From contig CAMYLV010000002.1 of the NCBI GenBank assembly GCA_947259495.1, positions 229,698-293,697 of the forward strand: DNA of 64,000 nucleotides, in the 5' to 3' direction. Below, piece by piece: positions 59,859 to 64,000 of the stretch. A program made the translations under genes and the position numbers. The notes under the pieces are model-generated. The model was not told where the DNA came from, ran no database searches, and was given only the letters and a program-made list of their open reading frames with translations. Position 1 is the stretch's first letter. Every line of letters begins with the position of its first letter. Origin of the DNA: an uncultured Desulfobacterales bacterium. Lineage in GTDB: Bacteria > Desulfobacterota > Desulfobacteria > Desulfobacterales > JAHEIW01.

Positions 59859-61007
59859 ATGAGTGGAAACATAAAATTTATCCAAGGCAACGAGGCCTGT
59901 GCAGAAGCAGCCGTGTATGCCGGACTTGATTTTTATGCCGGCTATCCGATTACGCCGTCTACGGAGATTACCGAATTTTTAGCCTCACGACTGCCGCAAA
60001 TTGGCGGAAAGTTTCTGCAGATGGAAGATGAAATTGCGTCGCTGTGTGCCATTATTGGCGCCTCACTCACCGGTTGTAAGGTGATGACGGCCACCAGCGG
60101 GCCCGGTTTTTCTCTGATGCAGGAAGCTTTAGGTTATGCCATCATGGCTGAAATCCCGTGTGTGATCGTCAACGTACAGCGCGGTGGGCCCTCCACCGGT
60201 CTGCCCACCCACGGCAGCCAGGGCGATGTCAATCAAGCCCGCTGGGGGACACACGGCGACCATGCCATCATAGCGCTTACGGCTTCCAATCATCAGGATA
60301 TATTTGCGCTCACGGTTGAGGCCTTCAATCTGGCCGAAATTTACCGAACACCGGTTATTCTTCTGCTGGATGAAGTTGTTGCCCATATGCGTGAACGCCT
60401 TGTGATTCCGCAACCGGGGGAAATGCCCCTGGTCGAACGCTTGAAAACCACTGTCAACGAAGGCGTTGATTATCATCCGTATCTGCCGCGCGAAGACGGC
60501 CGATTGCCGATGTCCGATTTTGGTGGGCCTCACCGCTACAACGTTACCGGGCTTTTTCATGACATGTGGGGGTTCCCGTCCAGCGAACCCAGGGCGGTGC
60601 ATGGTTTGTTGCGTCATCTGGTGGATAAAATCGAGAACCGCGTGAATCAACTCGCCCGCTACAAGGAGTATTATATCGAGGATGCCAAGCACCTGCTGGT
60701 GTCTTACGGCTCGTCAGCCCGCTCAGCCCGCCATATCGTGGAAAAAAGAAGATCGCGCGGCGAACGCATAGGGCTGTTGGAACTACAGACGCTCTGGCCG
60801 TTTCCACATGAGATGGTACGCGAAAAATGCGCTGCGGCGCAAGCGGTTATTGTAGTTGAGCAGAACATGGGACAGATTCTTCAGGTTGTGAAGCTTGCCG
60901 TGGATCAACCCGACAAGGTGTTTCTGGCCAATCGCATTGACGGCGACTTCATCATGCCATCTGATATCCTGAATATCTTGCGGCTGATCCAGGGTAAGGG
61001 GGTTTAA
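59859..61007 (+). CDS. 2-oxoacid (2-oxoglutarate-like):ferredoxin oxidoreductase alpha subunit
   Basis: GNEA, GYPITPSTE, QMEDE, TSGPGFSLM, QRGGPSTGLPT. Confidence 0.93.
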   Translation: MSGNIKFIQGNEACAEAAVYAGLDFYAGYPITPSTEITEFLASRLPQIGGKFLQMEDEIASLCAIIGASLTGCKVMTATSGPGFSLMQEALGYAIMAEIPCVIVNVQRGGPSTGLPTHGSQGDVNQARWGTHGDHAIIALTASNHQDIFALTVEAFNLAEIYRTPVILLLDEVVAHMRERLVIPQPGEMPLVERLKTTVNEGVDYHPYLPREDGRLPMSDFGGPHRYNVTGLFHDMWGFPSSEPRAVHGLLRHLVDKIENRVNQLARYKEYYIEDAKHLLVSYGSSARSARHIVEKRRSRGERIGLLELQTLWPFPHEMVREKCAAAQAVIVVEQNMGQILQVVKLAVDQPDKVFLANRIDGDFIMPSDILNILRLIQGKGV

Positions 61008-61011
61008 AACG

Positions 61012-61815
61012 ATGGTGAAAAAGGCATATTTACGAGAAAGATTTTTCCCGCATCTCTGGTGCCCGGGATGCGGTCATGGCATGGTTTTAAACGGTCTGCT
61101 GCAGGCAATTGAAAAAATGGGGCTCAGCCGAAACGAGATTGTCATGGTATCGGGTATCGGCTGTTCGTCCCGCATTACCGGCTATGTGGATTTTCACACC
61201 CTGCATACAATTCATGGCCGGGCCTTGGCTTTTGCAACCGGTGTTAAGATGGCCCGCCCGGAACTGAATCTGATCGTGCCCATGGGTGACGGTGATGCCC
61301 TGGCAATTGGCGGGAACCATTTTATCCATGCGGCGCGCCGCAATATCGATATTACCGCTATTGTCATGAACAACCGTATCTACGGCATGACCGGTGGTCA
61401 ATTTTCGCCGTTATCGGGTGAAGATGTCCGCGCAACAACAGCGCCGTATTTAACCATCGACCCTGGCTTTGACGTCGTGGAGCTGTCAAAAGCGGCCGGT
61501 GCCACCTTTGTGGCGCGGACCACAACCTATCACATTCAGCAGATGTCCGATATTATTCAGCAAGCCATTTTGCATGAGGGTTTTTCAGTGGTGGAAATTT
61601 TCTCCCAGTGTCCGACTTATTTCGGCCGTAAAAACAAAGCCGGTGACGCCGTTGACATGATCGCGTATTTTAAGAAAAATACGACCCCGATTGGCTCAAC
61701 GGCCAAAAAAGAAAACCCGGATCTGATTGAGCGCGGTGTTTTTGTTCAAAAAGAGAAGCCGGAATATTGCAGCCAGTATGAAAAGCTGGTGCAAAAGGCA
61801 ATGAAAGGGCGCTAA
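61012..61815 (+). CDS. 2-oxoacid:ferredoxin oxidoreductase beta subunit
   Basis: WCPGCG, SGIGCS, HTIHGR, GDGD, YGMTGGQFSP, QCPT. Confidence 0.93.
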   Translation: MVKKAYLRERFFPHLWCPGCGHGMVLNGLLQAIEKMGLSRNEIVMVSGIGCSSRITGYVDFHTLHTIHGRALAFATGVKMARPELNLIVPMGDGDALAIGGNHFIHAARRNIDITAIVMNNRIYGMTGGQFSPLSGEDVRATTAPYLTIDPGFDVVELSKAAGATFVARTTTYHIQQMSDIIQQAILHEGFSVVEIFSQCPTYFGRKNKAGDAVDMIAYFKKNTTPIGSTAKKENPDLIERGVFVQKEKPEYCSQYEKLVQKAMKGR

Positions 61816-61817
61816 AA

Positions 61818-62363
61818 ATGGAAAGATGCAGAATGGTATTTTCAGGTTCGGGTGGGCAGGGGGTCATTACCGCAGCCATCATCCTGGCCGAAGCAGCAGT
61901 ACTCTATGACGGGCTAAATGCCGTCCAATCCCAATCATACGGGGCCGAGGCCCGCGGGGGGGCAACGCGTTCAGATATCATCATTTCCGACACGATTATC
62001 CATTATCCAAAAGTGATTCAACCCAATGTGCTGGTCTGCCTGACCCAGGAAGCCTACAATAAATTTTACTCGATTATCCGGCCGGGAGGCTTGCTGATCA
62101 GCGATACCCGCTATGTCCAAACTGAAAAAAAGGTTGACGCCCAGCAAAAAGAGATCGCGATGTACGAAACCGTCATCGCCAAAATCGGCAAGCCCATCGT
62201 GTTTAACATTTGCATGCTCGGGACCGTTATTGCAATAACAGGGCTGGTTAATCCCGAATCCATTATGAAAGCGCTGCAGCATCGCATTCCGGCAGACTTT
62301 CTGGATATGAATCGCAAGGCGCTGGATATGGGGATTAAATTAGGAGAAACCGCCAAAAATTAA
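61818..62363 (+). CDS. 2-oxoacid:ferredoxin oxidoreductase gamma subunit
   Basis: GSGGQG, QSYGAEARGG, NICMLG. Confidence 0.93.
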   Translation: MERCRMVFSGSGGQGVITAAIILAEAAVLYDGLNAVQSQSYGAEARGGATRSDIIISDTIIHYPKVIQPNVLVCLTQEAYNKFYSIIRPGGLLISDTRYVQTEKKVDAQQKEIAMYETVIAKIGKPIVFNICMLGTVIAITGLVNPESIMKALQHRIPADFLDMNRKALDMGIKLGETAKN

Positions 62364-62409
62364 AATACCGGCCAATAACCTTACCTGGCCCGTCGATGCA
62401 ATGCTGATT

Positions 62410-63141
62410 TTACCACAATCGTTTTGCATGCTCCTGCGGCAGGCCGGCTGCCTTTATTTTTTCAACAACCGCTGCAATGTCATAGTCCACATACTTCACG
62501 TTAACCGTATCATCGCTTGAGTCCCAGATCAGATATTTTGATTTATTGTTTCCGTCCCTGGGCTGCCCCACGCTGCCCGCACTGACGATATACTTGCGTC
62601 CGGCGTCCAACTTGTTGAGGCCCTCCTTCAGTTGGTCACTTTCAAGACCTTGTCGGCCGTAACTGACGATGTCCAGGGTGTGAGTATGGCCGATAAAACA
62701 GCGTTGTTCGGTTAAATTTTCCAACGCTTTAATCTTTTTTTCGTCGGAAACCTGGAACAAGTAAGTTAGCGAAGAGTCCGGCGGAAAGCCATGGACAAAG
62801 CGGCATCCATAAGCGGTCCGGTGGGTTTTAAGGTTAGCAATGAAATCGATTGATTGAGGAGACAAGAGGTTTAGGGTCATATTCAATGATTTCCGGGCAA
62901 CGCGGTTAAACCAGTCAAGATAGGTTGGCTTAATTATGGCCAGTTCATGGTTGCCCTGCACGGCTGTGATATTTTGTTGGCGGATGCGTTTGATGACACG
63001 ATCCGGCTCCGGGCCGTAACCGATATGATCACCCAGGCTGATCACGTCGTCAACACTGCACCTTTCGATATCGGCTGAAACCCGCTCAAATGCTTCCATG
63101 TTGCCATGAATATCGGAAATTATGGCAATTTTCATCTGCAA
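62410..63141 (-). CDS. Calcineurin-like metallophosphoesterase
   Basis: SDIHGN, LGDHIGYGP, GNHE, HG, GHTH, GSVGQPRDG. Confidence 0.9.
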   Translation of the reverse strand: MQMKIAIISDIHGNMEAFERVSADIERCSVDDVISLGDHIGYGPEPDRVIKRIRQQNITAVQGNHELAIIKPTYLDWFNRVARKSLNMTLNLLSPQSIDFIANLKTHRTAYGCRFVHGFPPDSSLTYLFQVSDEKKIKALENLTEQRCFIGHTHTLDIVSYGRQGLESDQLKEGLNKLDAGRKYIVSAGSVGQPRDGNNKSKYLIWDSSDDTVNVKYVDYDIAAVVEKIKAAGLPQEHAKRLW

Positions 63142-63194
63142 TTCCTCAATTGACCCAAGCGCTCAATTGAATCTATATCGTTTGATATCATTAT

Positions 63195-63974
63195 TCACTG
63201 TCGCAGCAGATTAAAATACCAGGCAATCAATTGTGGCCCGATGAGAATGTAAGCGATTCCGCCGATGGCCAGAAAAGGACCAAATGGGACAGCGAGTTTC
63301 ATGGTTTTACCGGATTTTATAATGATGAGCATGCCCGCAAGGGTTCCGATAGCCGAGGCCACAAATATCGTAAATAAGACCCCCTTCCATCCGACAATAG
63401 CGCCCATCATAGCCAGAAGCTTGATATCGCCGCCGCCCATGCCCTCTTTGCGGGTCAGCAAATGATATAACCAGGCGACTAAAAACAGGCTGCCGCCACC
63501 GATCAAAATACCCAGAATGGACTCGACGAGGGTAATTTTCGGCAGGGCAAAACTGGCGGCAAAGAAAATCGGTATTCCCGGCAGCGTAATCACATCCGGG
63601 ATAATCTGGTGATCAATATCGATAAATGTTATGACCAACAAAGTGGCGATAAACGTGTAGTAAATCAGCGCCTCAAGGCCCATACCATATTTTAAGAATA
63701 CGCCCACAGCAAATATGCCGCTGATGAATTCAACGACGGGGTAGCGAAATGAGATGCGTGCCTCACAATGGCGGCATTTTCCCCTTAAGGCCAGGTAACT
63801 GAAAATGGGTATATTGTCATAAAAGCGGATAAGGGTTCCGCAACTTGGACACATTGAACGCGGGTGGACAATTGATTTGGATTCTGGTAGCCGGTAGATA
63901 CATACATTCAAAAAGCTGCCGATACAGATCCCAAAAACAAAAACTAAAAAATCGATCAAATAATTTTCCATCAT
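63195..63974 (-). CDS. pilD: Prepilin peptidase / N-methyltransferase
   Basis: GSFLNVCIYRLP, CPSC and CRHC Zn sites, FIDID, GMGGGDIKL, PFGPFL. Confidence 0.93.
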   Translation of the reverse strand: MMENYLIDFLVFVFGICIGSFLNVCIYRLPESKSIVHPRSMCPSCGTLIRFYDNIPIFSYLALRGKCRHCEARISFRYPVVEFISGIFAVGVFLKYGMGLEALIYYTFIATLLVITFIDIDHQIIPDVITLPGIPIFFAASFALPKITLVESILGILIGGGSLFLVAWLYHLLTRKEGMGGGDIKLLAMMGAIVGWKGVLFTIFVASAIGTLAGMLIIIKSGKTMKLAVPFGPFLAIGGIAYILIGPQLIAWYFNLLRQ

Positions 63975-64000
63975 CGGTTAACGGTCCTGTCGGTGTAAGG

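Overview
Bacterial chromosome segment. Gene content and order suggest an anaerobic Desulfobacterota (Desulfobacterales-like) organism; this is inferred, not searched. Most of it is housekeeping: pyrD, the ilvB-ilvN-ilvC-cimA-leuA operon, dprA-topA, RNase E/G, yajC-secD-secF, leuS-lptE, rpsT, murJ, tRNA-fMet, hldE, thrH-hom, purM, tsaD, nagZ, mltG and pilD. Five things stand out. (1) A redox cluster at about 46.5-62.4 kb: two 2-oxoacid:ferredoxin oxidoreductase gene sets flank a degenerate HdrL-like/MvhD fusion, an HdrD-like protein, a GAF kinase/receiver pair and an HdrA-MvhD fusion. The ORF track splits that fusion at an in-frame TGA followed by a SECIS-like hairpin, so it is probably a selenoprotein. 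(2) An unannotated Ile/Leu/Val-rich leader peptide with terminator and antiterminator upstream of ilvB. (3) A candidate inositol-lipid module (Ino1, inositol-kinase-like PfkB, CDP-alcohol phosphatidyltransferase) next to an orphan B12 radical SAM gene. (4) Three copies of a ~102-bp TATA-bounded double-hairpin element. (5) About ten intergenic arrays of degenerate 7-8-nt tandem repeats, mostly inverted pairs with different repeat units. No CRISPR array, transposase, integrase or prophage was seen.
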